A stretch of 64,000 bases of DNA, taken from contig CAYYQL010000011.1 of NCBI GenBank assembly GCA_964473825.1, positions 1-64,000 on the forward strand, read 5' to 3'. The position numbers and the translations under genes were made by a program. The notes under the pieces are model-generated. The model was given only the letters and a program-made list of their open reading frames with translations, ran no database searches and was not told the DNA's origin. Below are positions 28,790-38,147 of this stretch, one piece after another (position 1 is the first letter of the stretch; the number at the start of each line of letters is the position of its first letter). The stretch comes from an uncultured archaeon. GTDB taxonomy: Archaea > Asgardarchaeota > Thorarchaeia > Thorarchaeales > Thorarchaeaceae.

Positions 28790-29275
28790 GTGAGGTCATC
28801 TCTAACCATAGGCTTGCTCGTAGTCTTGATTATCAGCATCCCAGTCAAAGATGTAAGAAGAAACGGATTTGCCGCCTCAGCAAATGGGGACAATGTGAGT
28901 CTGAGCATTGACTTTGGCAATGGAACCCTGAGTGCGTATGACAACTTGCAGGGCAGCACAGTACTGAACGTAACGGAGAGTGTCGTTGCTGTTGAGTACG
29001 AATGGTACGGAGATTTGGTGTTTGTAACTTCGATAGCTAATGTATCGAATGATGCAGACCAGGGGCTCTGGTGGCAATACTGGATCAACGGAGAGATTGG
29101 ATCTGTTGCTGCCAATCAATACACAGTTGAGGAGGGTGATCTCATAGAGTGGCGACTGGGCCCCACAGAAGTACCTCCAGCTGAAACAGACTGGTCACTC
29201 CTGATTGGTTTGTCCATCGTTTTGGCGGCAGCACTTCTGTTCCTAATTCTTCTCCGACTATCATCCCGGGGGTAG
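28790..29275 (+). CDS. DUF4430 (transcobalamin C-terminal-like) surface protein
   Basis: Signal peptide, FVTSIANV, WWQYWING, GDLIEW, C-terminal TM; GGTGA SD before GTG 28790. Confidence 0.82.
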   Translation: MRSSLTIGLLVVLIISIPVKDVRRNGFAASANGDNVSLSIDFGNGTLSAYDNLQGSTVLNVTESVVAVEYEWYGDLVFVTSIANVSNDADQGLWWQYWINGEIGSVAANQYTVEEGDLIEWRLGPTEVPPAETDWSLLIGLSIVLAAALLFLILLRLSSRG

Positions 29276-29281
29276 ATTCCT

Positions 29282-30046
29282 TTGGTCGATAATGCCATGA
29301 AGCACGCTGCTATTTGTATGATACTTGCGTTGATGATGATATCATCTGCAGGGAACTATCACGATTGTTTCACCCCCTCGGACGAGGGAAATACCATCGT
29401 GAAGTGGAATGTTATTGAGGGGCCTTCCACACCGGTTGCATGGGGATGGTCAGGATCCGAAAAATGGCGGGTCCAGAGAGATTCGAAGATTGCATTTGAG
29501 GTGACCGCGGTTGAGCCTGAAGTCGACGGCATCCTAACAATAGGGAACTTAACAGTCAATGCAAACAACAGCCAGATTGGAACAGAGCTGGTATTGGGTG
29601 TATGGGGATCGACTCCCTTCTTCCCGGGGCTCATCATTCCCATTGATGACGAGGCAGTTGACCAACTGAACCAGACCGCTCAGGAGAGTGCTGCAAGGAA
29701 GAGTGGAAACTACATGAATGGTTCGATGGCAGTCTATACTGAAGAAGTAATTTCTTCGAACGGGACCTATCAATGTGTAGTGTTCGACTACGTTCAAGAT
29801 CCTGTGGCTTTTGGGGAACCGCAGAAGACAGAATTGAAATACGATTTGGAGACCGGCGTTCTCGTATTCTGCAACACATCTTACTCATTCGGAACGCCCT
29901 ACATGCTTACTCTTGAGATATCATCAATAGAACAGCCTACTAGCCTCCGTATTCCATATCTGCAGTTGATCACAACGATAGCATTGAGTGGGACTGCGAC
30001 AGTGATAGTCTTCACCTTTGGTGTATGGTACCTGAAGAGAAGGTGA
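29282..30046 (+). CDS. Secreted membrane-anchored hypothetical protein
   Basis: Signal peptide, YDLETGVLV, C-terminal TM followed by KRR. Confidence 0.8.
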   Translation: MVDNAMKHAAICMILALMMISSAGNYHDCFTPSDEGNTIVKWNVIEGPSTPVAWGWSGSEKWRVQRDSKIAFEVTAVEPEVDGILTIGNLTVNANNSQIGTELVLGVWGSTPFFPGLIIPIDDEAVDQLNQTAQESAARKSGNYMNGSMAVYTEEVISSNGTYQCVVFDYVQDPVAFGEPQKTELKYDLETGVLVFCNTSYSFGTPYMLTLEISSIEQPTSLRIPYLQLITTIALSGTATVIVFTFGVWYLKRR

Positions 30047-30056
30047 CCGGAGAGGC

Positions 30057-30656
30057 TTGGGGATGAAAGAAGAAGAAGAGGTTCAAATCTCAAGGAGCAG
30101 ATGGGTTGCCCTAGCTGCCACGATGACCGCACTTGCTCTCGTGGGAAACTACTCATTAGTTGCAATCCCAAGTGTAGAGTTCGGCACAGCAGTTCTCTTC
30201 GTGACGGCGTACGTGTTCGGCCTTGGCATGGGAATTTGGTGTACTCTATTGATGTCATTGGTCTTTGGGATCATGAACCCTTGGGGCTCATTCATTCCCC
30301 AGATATGGATATTCCAAGTCATCGGTTGGACTTATGTCTGTGCCACTGCGGCTCTTCTAGGTAGGAATAGCCCAGTCATTGACCATAACCGACCCAGTTT
30401 TCTCAAGCTTGCAACGGTGGGTGCGTTCATCACGTTGGTCTTTGACCTTCTGGCAAATGCAGGCTTTTCCCTTGCATTTGGATACCCATACTTCCTTTCG
30501 ATTCTGACAGGGCTTCCCTTCACTGCGGTGCATGTCTTTTCAAACGCCCTCATAATCCCTCTGGCAGTTCCTAGACTAGAACTCGCAATCAAACGAGACC
30601 TTGGCGGTGCAATCTGGTCCGCTAAAACAGATCTTCCTGATTCTACCGAAGAGTAA
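30057..30656 (+). CDS. ECF transporter S component (CbrT-like, possibly corrinoid)
   Basis: ALAATMTALA (AxxxA), IPSVE, ~6 TM, GLPFTAVHVFSN; adjacent to DUF4430 gene. Confidence 0.8.
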   Translation: MGMKEEEEVQISRSRWVALAATMTALALVGNYSLVAIPSVEFGTAVLFVTAYVFGLGMGIWCTLLMSLVFGIMNPWGSFIPQIWIFQVIGWTYVCATAALLGRNSPVIDHNRPSFLKLATVGAFITLVFDLLANAGFSLAFGYPYFLSILTGLPFTAVHVFSNALIIPLAVPRLELAIKRDLGGAIWSAKTDLPDSTEE

Positions 30657-30697
30657 AATACACACAAGACTCACGACAGAGCGGAGCGTGGCCGCCA

Positions 30698-31336
30698 TTG
30701 CACTGGAAAGACATCCTCATTGGACTCTCGGAGCCAGCAGACGGACGGGTGCCCCCCGTCTTTAAGCCGTACCATGCAGCTGTTGCGGTTATCATGATTG
30801 GCAGGCGCCAACCTCTTGGAAGATATGAGCTCTGTGAGAATATGTCAGTGGGTGAGGGCAGCGTGAGAACACTCCTGAAGAGGCTCTCAGAGAGCGGCCA
30901 TATCGCTCCAGAAGGGAGGCAGGGACAGAAACTGACAAACACCGGAAAGAATCTCTTCGAGAATATGATCCATGATATTCCTTTCGGACTCTTTCTTGAT
31001 GTAGGAAAGTTGACCGTATTCGAGTATTCCTTCGCCAACGTTGCAAGGGACAAGGCGGAATCAGTAACCGACGGAATAAGGCAGAGAGATGAGGCGATCA
31101 TCCAAGGCGGAGCAGAAAGCGCAGGTGCAACAACACTCATCATGAAAGATGGGCTCCTCGTCATGCCACCTGATGATTTCAATACTCTCGGAGCGTATCC
31201 CGAGGAAACCCTTCTCATAACTGAGAGCCTGAAACCGCAAGAGAACGATGCAATAGTGATAGGATCCGCAGACAATAGAAATCTTGCAAGGGAGGTCTCA
31301 ATGGCTGCGGTCATGACTCTGTTTGAAGTTGATTGA
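30698..31336 (+). CDS. DUF4443-like winged-helix protein
   Basis: PLGRYEL...VGEGSVRTLLKRL, GIRQRDEAI, GATT. Confidence 0.8.
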   Translation: MHWKDILIGLSEPADGRVPPVFKPYHAAVAVIMIGRRQPLGRYELCENMSVGEGSVRTLLKRLSESGHIAPEGRQGQKLTNTGKNLFENMIHDIPFGLFLDVGKLTVFEYSFANVARDKAESVTDGIRQRDEAIIQGGAESAGATTLIMKDGLLVMPPDDFNTLGAYPEETLLITESLKPQENDAIVIGSADNRNLAREVSMAAVMTLFEVD

Positions 31337-31338
31337 GA

Positions 31339-32154
31339 ATGCAGACAGACCTGTACGGAAATGTGCCTGTAGTAGTGATAGATGTTCACGAAACTGGCGG
31401 AAAACGGATGAACTCTGTCAAACACCTGATGTCTATGCTGGATAAGGAAGAGATACAGTACACCGTACAGAAAATTCCTATTGCCGATGTCTTGGGGCCA
31501 GAGGGCATTGCCATCGAGAGAAAGACTGTAAACGACTTTGTCAACACGTTGAAGGGGAGTGCAGCTGGAGTACCCCGATTTCAGAAGCAGATGGACGCAC
31601 TTATGGAATACGAGAAGCCATATCTTCTCATTGAGAACATACTCTCGATAAGAAGAGATCCGGTCAAGGGATGTGTATACATACCCTTCAAGAGCAACAA
31701 GTCGAAGAACAAACCCTTCATGGTCACGATGGAACGTGTGAGTTACATCCATCCGTCAGCATTCGATGCACTGATAGAGAGTGTACGTGAGCGAGGCATC
31801 GAGATTCTTGAGGGTTTCAATGCACTACACTCTGCAGGCCTGATTTATGGAGCACTATTTCCTAGTGACGAGTACAAGCATGAAAAGGGAACCAGACTGC
31901 CCGTTGTCAGGACACGTAAGGGACTTGATTCCATGGCTGACGAGCAGGAATTCTTCATAGCGGGCTTCCCAAGTGTCAATGTCGTTAGAGCAAAGGCGCT
32001 TCTCAAGCTCTTTGGGAATCCCCATGAAGTAGTCAGGAGAATCGATGAATGGGAAGAAGTACCAGGCATTGGCCCCAAGACAGTTGCAGCCGCCAGAAAG
32101 GTGCTCTTTTCAGACTACCTTGACGAGGAAGACACCGATTCAGCCGATGACTAG
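31339..32154 (+). CDS. Stand-alone XPF/ERCC4 nuclease with HhH motifs
   Basis: VIDVHE, ADV, IERKTVND, LLIE, VPGIGPKT. Confidence 0.88.
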   Translation: MQTDLYGNVPVVVIDVHETGGKRMNSVKHLMSMLDKEEIQYTVQKIPIADVLGPEGIAIERKTVNDFVNTLKGSAAGVPRFQKQMDALMEYEKPYLLIENILSIRRDPVKGCVYIPFKSNKSKNKPFMVTMERVSYIHPSAFDALIESVRERGIEILEGFNALHSAGLIYGALFPSDEYKHEKGTRLPVVRTRKGLDSMADEQEFFIAGFPSVNVVRAKALLKLFGNPHEVVRRIDEWEEVPGIGPKTVAAARKVLFSDYLDEEDTDSADD

Positions 32155-32211
32155 CTCGATAATCTTAAAAGCCAGCTATTCTATGCTCATAAAATAGTTG
32201 GTGATAATCTC

Positions 32212-33300
32212 ATGGCAGACATTCGTGTCGCAATAGCAGGACTTGGTAATTGTGCCTCCGCATTGGTTCAGGGCGTCCACTATTACAGGAACGCCAAGGC
32301 AGACGAAGAGATACCGGGACTGATGCACGTTGATTTTGGAGGATACTTCCCGAAGGACCTCAAGTTTGTTGCAGTGTTCGAAGCAAACAGGAAGAAGATA
32401 GGTCTAGATATAGCAGATGCAATTTGGGCTGAGCCCAATTGCTGCGCGAAGTTTGCACCAGATGTGCCCAAGACTGGTGTGAAAGTCTTGCCAGGACCTA
32501 TTTCTGACGGGGTGGCCCCCCACATGAGAGAGTCATTCTTCGCATATGATGAAGATGAGATAGAACCTGTTGACGTTGTTGAGGAGCTCAAGAAGGCCAA
32601 TGCCGATGTGCTTGTCAGCTATCTCCCCGTAGGGAGTGCTGAGAGCTCGAGATTCTACGCCAAAGCGGCCCTCGACGCGGGGATAGGACTCATCAATGCA
32701 ATTCCAGAGTTCATCGTTTCCGATCCAGATGACCCCATCGCGAAGGGGTTCAAGGAGAAAGGATTGCCGTGTGCAGGAGATGACATCAAGAGCCAGCTCG
32801 GTGCCACGATCTTGCATAGAGTCCTTGCACAACTCTACGACAAGAGAGGGCTCGTACTGGACAACACCTACCAGTTGAACATCGGAGGAAACACCGACTT
32901 TGAGAACATGCAGGTAGAAGACCGACTCAAGTCGAAGCGAGTAAGCAAGACCGAAGCTGTGACCAGCTGTGTGAAATACGAGCTTCCAACCAAGATTGGT
33001 CCAAGCGATTATGTTCCATTCTTGGGAGACAACAAAGTGTGCTATATCACCATGCGCGCAAGAGCCTTTGGAGACCTGCCACTAGACCTTAACCTAAAAC
33101 TGTCTGTGCAAGACTCTCCGAATAGTGCAGGCGTTATTATTGATGTCATTCGAGCCATCAAGATAGCGATGGACAGGGGCATCGGTGGCGAACTCTCAAG
33201 CATATCATCATATAGCTTCAAGCACCCTCGCTATCAGATTGATGACTTTGAAGCAAGAAACAGAGTGGACGAGTTCATCGAGGGAAAGAGAGAGCGCTAG
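32212..33300 (+). CDS. ino1: Myo-inositol-1-phosphate synthase
   Basis: GLGNCASALVQG, SYLPVGS, GDDIKSQLGAT, GGNTDF, DSPNSAG. Confidence 0.96.
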   Translation: MADIRVAIAGLGNCASALVQGVHYYRNAKADEEIPGLMHVDFGGYFPKDLKFVAVFEANRKKIGLDIADAIWAEPNCCAKFAPDVPKTGVKVLPGPISDGVAPHMRESFFAYDEDEIEPVDVVEELKKANADVLVSYLPVGSAESSRFYAKAALDAGIGLINAIPEFIVSDPDDPIAKGFKEKGLPCAGDDIKSQLGATILHRVLAQLYDKRGLVLDNTYQLNIGGNTDFENMQVEDRLKSKRVSKTEAVTSCVKYELPTKIGPSDYVPFLGDNKVCYITMRARAFGDLPLDLNLKLSVQDSPNSAGVIIDVIRAIKIAMDRGIGGELSSISSYSFKHPRYQIDDFEARNRVDEFIEGKRER

Positions 33301-33337
33301 AGGAAGAACCTCTAGCCGCCCCAATCCTTCCTTTTCA

Positions 33338-34474
33338 TTAGATTTCCGTGAAGGCTTTTACCGCCCGCTCATCAAGCCGCTTGATGACCTCTACAAGCAG
33401 TTTTACAGCGTTTTCCACATCGCTCAGGTCAAGAATGGCATGATGTGAGTGGATATGCCTTGTGGGAATCCCTATGAACAGTGAAGGAGCGCCCATGCCT
33501 GTGATATGGATGATGCCGGCATCAGTGCCTCCCGCCTTCAAGAACGCAGCCTGATGGCGTATATTGTGCTCTTCTGCGATGTCAAGAACAAACTTCCTGA
33601 ATCGTGGATTGGGAATCATGGATCCATCACCAGCGGATACTGAAACACCCTTTCCCATCTTCTGCACTATACCCTCTGTACCAGGCACGTCTCCCGATAT
33701 GTCTACATCCACCGCAAAACCAATATCAGGAAGCAACATCTGGGCCGCGGTTTGTGCTCCCCGAAGGCCTACCTCTTCCTGTGTTGTGGAAACACAATAG
33801 ACCGTATTGGGAATTTCAACCTTCTCCTCCGAGAGCCTCCGCAGCACCTCAAGAATGATGAACACGCCTATCCTGTCGTCGAAAGCCTTTGCAGCAGCAA
33901 CGGTTACCTCCCGAGATACCTTCTCATCGTCATCACCATTCTTCTTCTTCTCTTTGAACTTCCGGGCCATGGTCCTGAACTCAGCATGGGGTACAGCAGG
34001 ATCTCCCACTCGAACACCGAGTTCTTTTACCTCATCTGCGGAACGACAGCCGACATCGATGTACATCTTCTCCTTGGTCACGACTTTGCTCCGCTCCTCC
34101 TGAGAGAGAATGTGTGGGGGAGGGGCACCAATCACTCCAGTGATGAATCCATCACCCTCAGACGGTTTGAGTACTACTTCATGACCAAGCAGAACCTGAT
34201 CCCACCACCCACCAAGCTGATGGAACCGGAGGAAGCCATTCTTCTCGACTTTCGTGACAACAAACCCAATCTCATCGACATGCCCTGCCAGCATTATCTT
34301 AGGACCCGAGCTGCCCTTCTGAAACACTACAGAGCCCATTCTATCCTGTAGAACGTCATCGGCGTACTTCGCACCATATTCTTTGACAACTCTTTGGACC
34401 TCGTGTTCGTGACCACTCGGACCGAACGCGTTGCAGAGTTTCTCAAGTAAACCAACATCTAACTCAAAACCCAT
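33338..34474 (-). CDS. M42 family aminopeptidase (TET-like)
   Basis: GPSGHE, AGHVDEIG, KAFDDRIG, QEEVGLRGA, GGTDAG, RHIHS; ATG at 34474. Confidence 0.94.
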   Translation of the reverse strand: MGFELDVGLLEKLCNAFGPSGHEHEVQRVVKEYGAKYADDVLQDRMGSVVFQKGSSGPKIMLAGHVDEIGFVVTKVEKNGFLRFHQLGGWWDQVLLGHEVVLKPSEGDGFITGVIGAPPPHILSQEERSKVVTKEKMYIDVGCRSADEVKELGVRVGDPAVPHAEFRTMARKFKEKKKNGDDDEKVSREVTVAAAKAFDDRIGVFIILEVLRRLSEEKVEIPNTVYCVSTTQEEVGLRGAQTAAQMLLPDIGFAVDVDISGDVPGTEGIVQKMGKGVSVSAGDGSMIPNPRFRKFVLDIAEEHNIRHQAAFLKAGGTDAGIIHITGMGAPSLFIGIPTRHIHSHHAILDLSDVENAVKLLVEVIKRLDERAVKAFTEI

Positions 34475-34551
34475 TATGATCAACTTCAACGGCGTAGTTA
34501 TTGACAAGTCGAGTGCTAAAAGACTACACAAATCGGTTTCGGTAGCTACTG

Positions 34552-35091
34552 TTATTGGAGACTGGATTCGGCAAGCAGATAGAATGCATGTTCCACATTC
34601 TCCCCTGTTAGGGCGCTGGTTTCAAGATAACCGTTGAGACCGTTCTCTTCAACGAACTGGCGGGCCATCTCTGAGGTTATGACACGCTCATCCGCAAGGT
34701 CAACTTTGTTCGCAAGGAGTATGATGGGAATTCTCTGGCCAAGAGCGTTCTCGGTCTCTTCTATCCAGTTGGGAAGGGCATCGTAGGTGTTCTTTCTCGT
34801 AACATCGAAGACGAGCAGAGCTCCCTTTGCCCCTTTGTAATAACTGGAACGTATGAAATCGAAGCGCTGCTGTCCGGCCAGATCCCAGACCAGCAACTTC
34901 ACCGTAACGCTTCGGCCATTGTCCTTGTCAACAGTGACAGTCTTGACTGCAAACTGACTTCCTATTGTGACAATGTACTGCTCTGAGAACTTCTGGGTCA
35001 GGAACCTATTCACCAGGGCGGTCTTGCCACTTCCGCCTGCTCCAATCATGACTACCTTCCGCATGTACTGAAACGTATCTGACACAGTCAA
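34552..35091 (-). CDS. Rab-like small GTPase
   Basis: GAGGSGKT, TIG, WDLAGQQRF, YYKGAKGALLVFDVT, NKVDL, ETSAL; no C-terminal Cys. Confidence 0.93.
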   Translation of the reverse strand: MTVSDTFQYMRKVVMIGAGGSGKTALVNRFLTQKFSEQYIVTIGSQFAVKTVTVDKDNGRSVTVKLLVWDLAGQQRFDFIRSSYYKGAKGALLVFDVTRKNTYDALPNWIEETENALGQRIPIILLANKVDLADERVITSEMARQFVEENGLNGYLETSALTGENVEHAFYLLAESSLQ

Positions 35092-35331
35092 CCCTCAAAT
35101 CTTGGAATCCATTAGTTCCTGGCCGTTTGGTCTATTCCTGCCCATCACGATGTCATCGATGTGCATTGACGAGTCCGATGGAAGCTATTTAGCCTTTATT
35201 CGCATTTGAGGGGCTGCTAGGTCGTGCCACCAGACATAAACCATTTGGCGCCCCGTAACGAGAATTGGATGACATCCACAAAGAGATTATATTCGGTAAT
35301 ACCCGGGTAGTACCAGCCGGGAGGCCAGACA

Positions 35332-35511
35332 GTGCGACTGATTACAGTCAAGATGAGCGAGATTTACGTAGACGCAGTAGACAAACTGGTGGACAAGGGT
35401 ATGTATCCCAGCAGAAGTGAGGCCATTCGAGTCGCCATTCGAGATCTTCTCATGAGAGAGCTATGGGTCGATGGTATGCCGCATATGGTTCAGAGCAGCA
35501 AACAGGACTAA
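35332..35511 (+). CDS. Ribbon-helix-helix regulator (CopG/CdrS-like), 59 aa, absent from the ORF track
   Basis: Translation MRLITVKMSEIYVDAVDKLVDKGMYPSRSEAIRVAIRDLL...; GGAGG upstream of GTG. Confidence 0.9.
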   Translation: MRLITVKMSEIYVDAVDKLVDKGMYPSRSEAIRVAIRDLLMRELWVDGMPHMVQSSKQD

Positions 35512-35610
35512 CTCCTTCCAGCGCAGCGTGCTCACATACCCGCAAGACACTTTAATGTTGCAAACAAGTCCATCCCAGCCATCACATCATGTTCAGGAGG
35601 ATGCGATACT

Positions 35611-36129
35611 GTGAATCTAAGAATATTCTTCAAGAGCGTGAAATTCGCGTTCAGAGCAAGAAGAAGGGTCATCTCCTTCATAATAATATACGCCATTCTC
35701 TATATTCTGGTGGGGAAACAGCTTGCAGGTTCTCCTGTAGGTACTGAATGGCCATGGGTTATCCTGGCATTCATCGTCTCAACCATCTATGCGATTCTTA
35801 TCAGTCAATTCAGAAGGAGAGACATTGCAATACTGAAATGCGTGTCATGGGGTAACCAAGACATAATGATTCTCCTAATAGGCGAGGTTGTTCTGGTTGC
35901 ACTGGCGGCGTTCTTTGTAGTGTTCCAGCTCAGCATTGAGATATTGGGCTTGATAGCCTACTTTGGGGACATTACCTTCCTGCTGGATATCCAGAGTCTG
36001 ATTGTAGTTCCAGTGGCCCCCATGTTGACTACCCTGCTTCTAGTCGTTGTCCTGCAACTGCCGGGATTGGGACTAGCACAGTATCGGGCTATGAAAATAC
36101 CACCTATGCGAGCTCTCAGGGAGGAATAA
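35611..36129 (+). CDS. Minimal FtsX/MacB-type ABC permease
   Basis: RRRDIAILKCVSW...LLIGE, C-terminal IPPMRALREE. Confidence 0.8.
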   Translation: MNLRIFFKSVKFAFRARRRVISFIIIYAILYILVGKQLAGSPVGTEWPWVILAFIVSTIYAILISQFRRRDIAILKCVSWGNQDIMILLIGEVVLVALAAFFVVFQLSIEILGLIAYFGDITFLLDIQSLIVVPVAPMLTTLLLVVVLQLPGLGLAQYRAMKIPPMRALREE

Positions 36130-36132
36130 AAA

Positions 36133-36813
36133 GTGCCAAACGCAATCATCCAAGTTGAAGGGGTCAACAAAGAATATGGTTCAGGCAAGAAGACAGTTGC
36201 AGCACTCAAGGATGTCAATCTGGAAATCAACCGCGGCGAATTTGTGGGCGTTGTTGGGCCGTCCGGCTGCGGCAAATCAACACTTCTACACGTGATGTCA
36301 GGGCTTGAGGCACCCACCTCTGGCAGAGTGCTACTTGATGGTGTTGACGTCACGCTGATCAGCGAGAGAGACCTTCCAAAGGTCAGAGCCCAGAAGATTG
36401 GTTTTGTGTTCCAAGCATTCCTGTTGATTGAGGATCTGACGGCATTTGAAAACATACAGGCCGTCCTATGGCCCAATGAAGAAATCACGAAGCAGAAGCA
36501 AGAGTCCATGGCACTTCAAGTCCTGAGAGAGGTTGACATGCTGGAGAGAAGGGATCACTTCCCGAAACAACTCAGCGGTGGAGAACAGCAACGTGTGGCC
36601 ATAGCTCGAGCCCTAGTCAATCAGCCACCTGTTCTCTTCTGTGATGAGCCAACCGGAAACCTAGACTCGAAATCGGGCGAGAATATCATGAAAATCATCG
36701 CCTCACTGAACAAAGAGAAGGGAATGACGGTAGTATTGGTCACTCACAATGAAGAGCTAGTCAAATATGCCAAGCGGATTCTAAGAATGAAGGATGGCGT
36801 TGTTCGAGCGTAG
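36133..36813 (+). CDS. ABC ATPase (LolD/FtsE/MacB type)
   Basis: GPSGCGKST, LSGGEQQRVAIARAL, DEPTGNLD, VTH. Confidence 0.95.
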   Translation: MPNAIIQVEGVNKEYGSGKKTVAALKDVNLEINRGEFVGVVGPSGCGKSTLLHVMSGLEAPTSGRVLLDGVDVTLISERDLPKVRAQKIGFVFQAFLLIEDLTAFENIQAVLWPNEEITKQKQESMALQVLREVDMLERRDHFPKQLSGGEQQRVAIARALVNQPPVLFCDEPTGNLDSKSGENIMKIIASLNKEKGMTVVLVTHNEELVKYAKRILRMKDGVVRA

Positions 36814-36886
36814 CAGCAGCACTCGCTGGCAAAGTCTTAGATGTCAAGATTCGGTCCCGCACGCAGGAAAGGGAGCCCGTTAATCC

Positions 36887-37723
36887 ATGGAAACCACTAA
36901 CTGCCGTGAGATGGAGAAGACAGCCAATGAGCGGGCAGCAGAGGGTATGAACAGCGATGCATTTGAACTGTTCCTCAAAGCTGGCGAATGCTGGATGAGA
37001 TGGGAGTCTTTCTCAAAGACAGCGGACTGCTACGAGAGGGCCTATGAACACGGCATGTTGGCCCAACGATATACTGAAGGAGCCAGGATCATGAAAGAGG
37101 CGGGGAATGCATGGATTAAGTCTGGCCAGCACGAGAAGTTTGAGATTGATTATCAGATAGCAGCAGAGGCTTACATTCTGGCTGCAGAGAAGGAGAAGAA
37201 TCCGAAACTCTTGCTAGATGGAGCGTACTCTGCAATCCTCGGAGGAGACCTGGAGCTAGCACGCCAGCTTATTCATGCATCTGCAGAAACAATCCGGGGT
37301 GGAGCAAAAGAACTCATCAATCTTGCTTTGATGCTGACGGAGTATCAGTTCGGTGACGCTGACAACTATATTGATGCCGCCGTTGCCAGAGTTCTTGACA
37401 GACACAGGTTTTCAGAAATCACAGAGATGTTTAGGCTTGTCTTCATTGGGTTTGTCAGAACAACACTGGAATCAGAAATTGCAGTTTCGCTGGCCGGTCT
37501 TGCAGAGAGCACAGGGTTAGATAGTGAAAGAGTCAAGGAGATTGTGCTGAAAGGACTTGAGACAGGGTTGATTCCCGCGTATTTCGACCGTAAATCCGAG
37601 GAACTAGTGATCGATACAGATAGAACCGACATTTCTGATGTTAGAAGAAGGAAGCGCCCGATACTGAGTACAGACTTGCAGGATCCGGGGGCATGGGACA
37701 TTGACACAACTCAAGAGGAATAG
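36887..37723 (+). CDS. TPR/SNAP-like helical repeat protein with C-terminal PCI-like winged helix
   Basis: Repeats FLKAGECW / MKEAGNAW / AAEAY; C-terminal VSLAGLAESTGLDSERVKEIV...GLIPAYFD. Confidence 0.7.
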   Translation: METTNCREMEKTANERAAEGMNSDAFELFLKAGECWMRWESFSKTADCYERAYEHGMLAQRYTEGARIMKEAGNAWIKSGQHEKFEIDYQIAAEAYILAAEKEKNPKLLLDGAYSAILGGDLELARQLIHASAETIRGGAKELINLALMLTEYQFGDADNYIDAAVARVLDRHRFSEITEMFRLVFIGFVRTTLESEIAVSLAGLAESTGLDSERVKEIVLKGLETGLIPAYFDRKSEELVIDTDRTDISDVRRRKRPILSTDLQDPGAWDIDTTQEE

Positions 37724-37901
37724 CACTCTGGCGATGTTCAAACAAGGAGAATAGAGCAAGCATTCATTTCGGGTGAAACTCTCTTACCGACCGGTGCCAG
37801 CAACTGACTCGAAACGCGCAGAAGCCCGTGTAAGAAATCTTTTTCAGTACCTTTATTCAAACTGACAACTCGTCAGCTCCCTCACTAACAGGTGGTGCCA
37901 A

Positions 37902-38120
37902 ATGTCTGAAGGACTCAAGTGGTTACAATGTCCTGTCTGCAAGGAAACAATCTACTGGAAGGTGCCAGCTGATATACTCAAGGGAGTCGAGCGATTCCCT
38001 ACTCCTATTGTGATAAAACACGAAGATCATTACCTTATCTGTTACGTTGATAGTCACTATCAGCTTGCTGATACTGAAGTCGTATCAGCATTCATAGAAG
38101 CTCAGGCCAAAGAAACCTGA
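37902..38120 (+). CDS. Small putative Zn-binding protein
   Basis: CPVC ... HEDH ... YVD; GGTGG SD upstream. Confidence 0.8.
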   Translation: MSEGLKWLQCPVCKETIYWKVPADILKGVERFPTPIVIKHEDHYLICYVDSHYQLADTEVVSAFIEAQAKET

Positions 38121-38147
38121 ACGAACTGATTCTCGTCCATGGTGTCG

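Noticed and set aside
30643-31752. 369-aa minus-strand ORF
   Set aside because: Antisense shadow of two well-supported + strand genes
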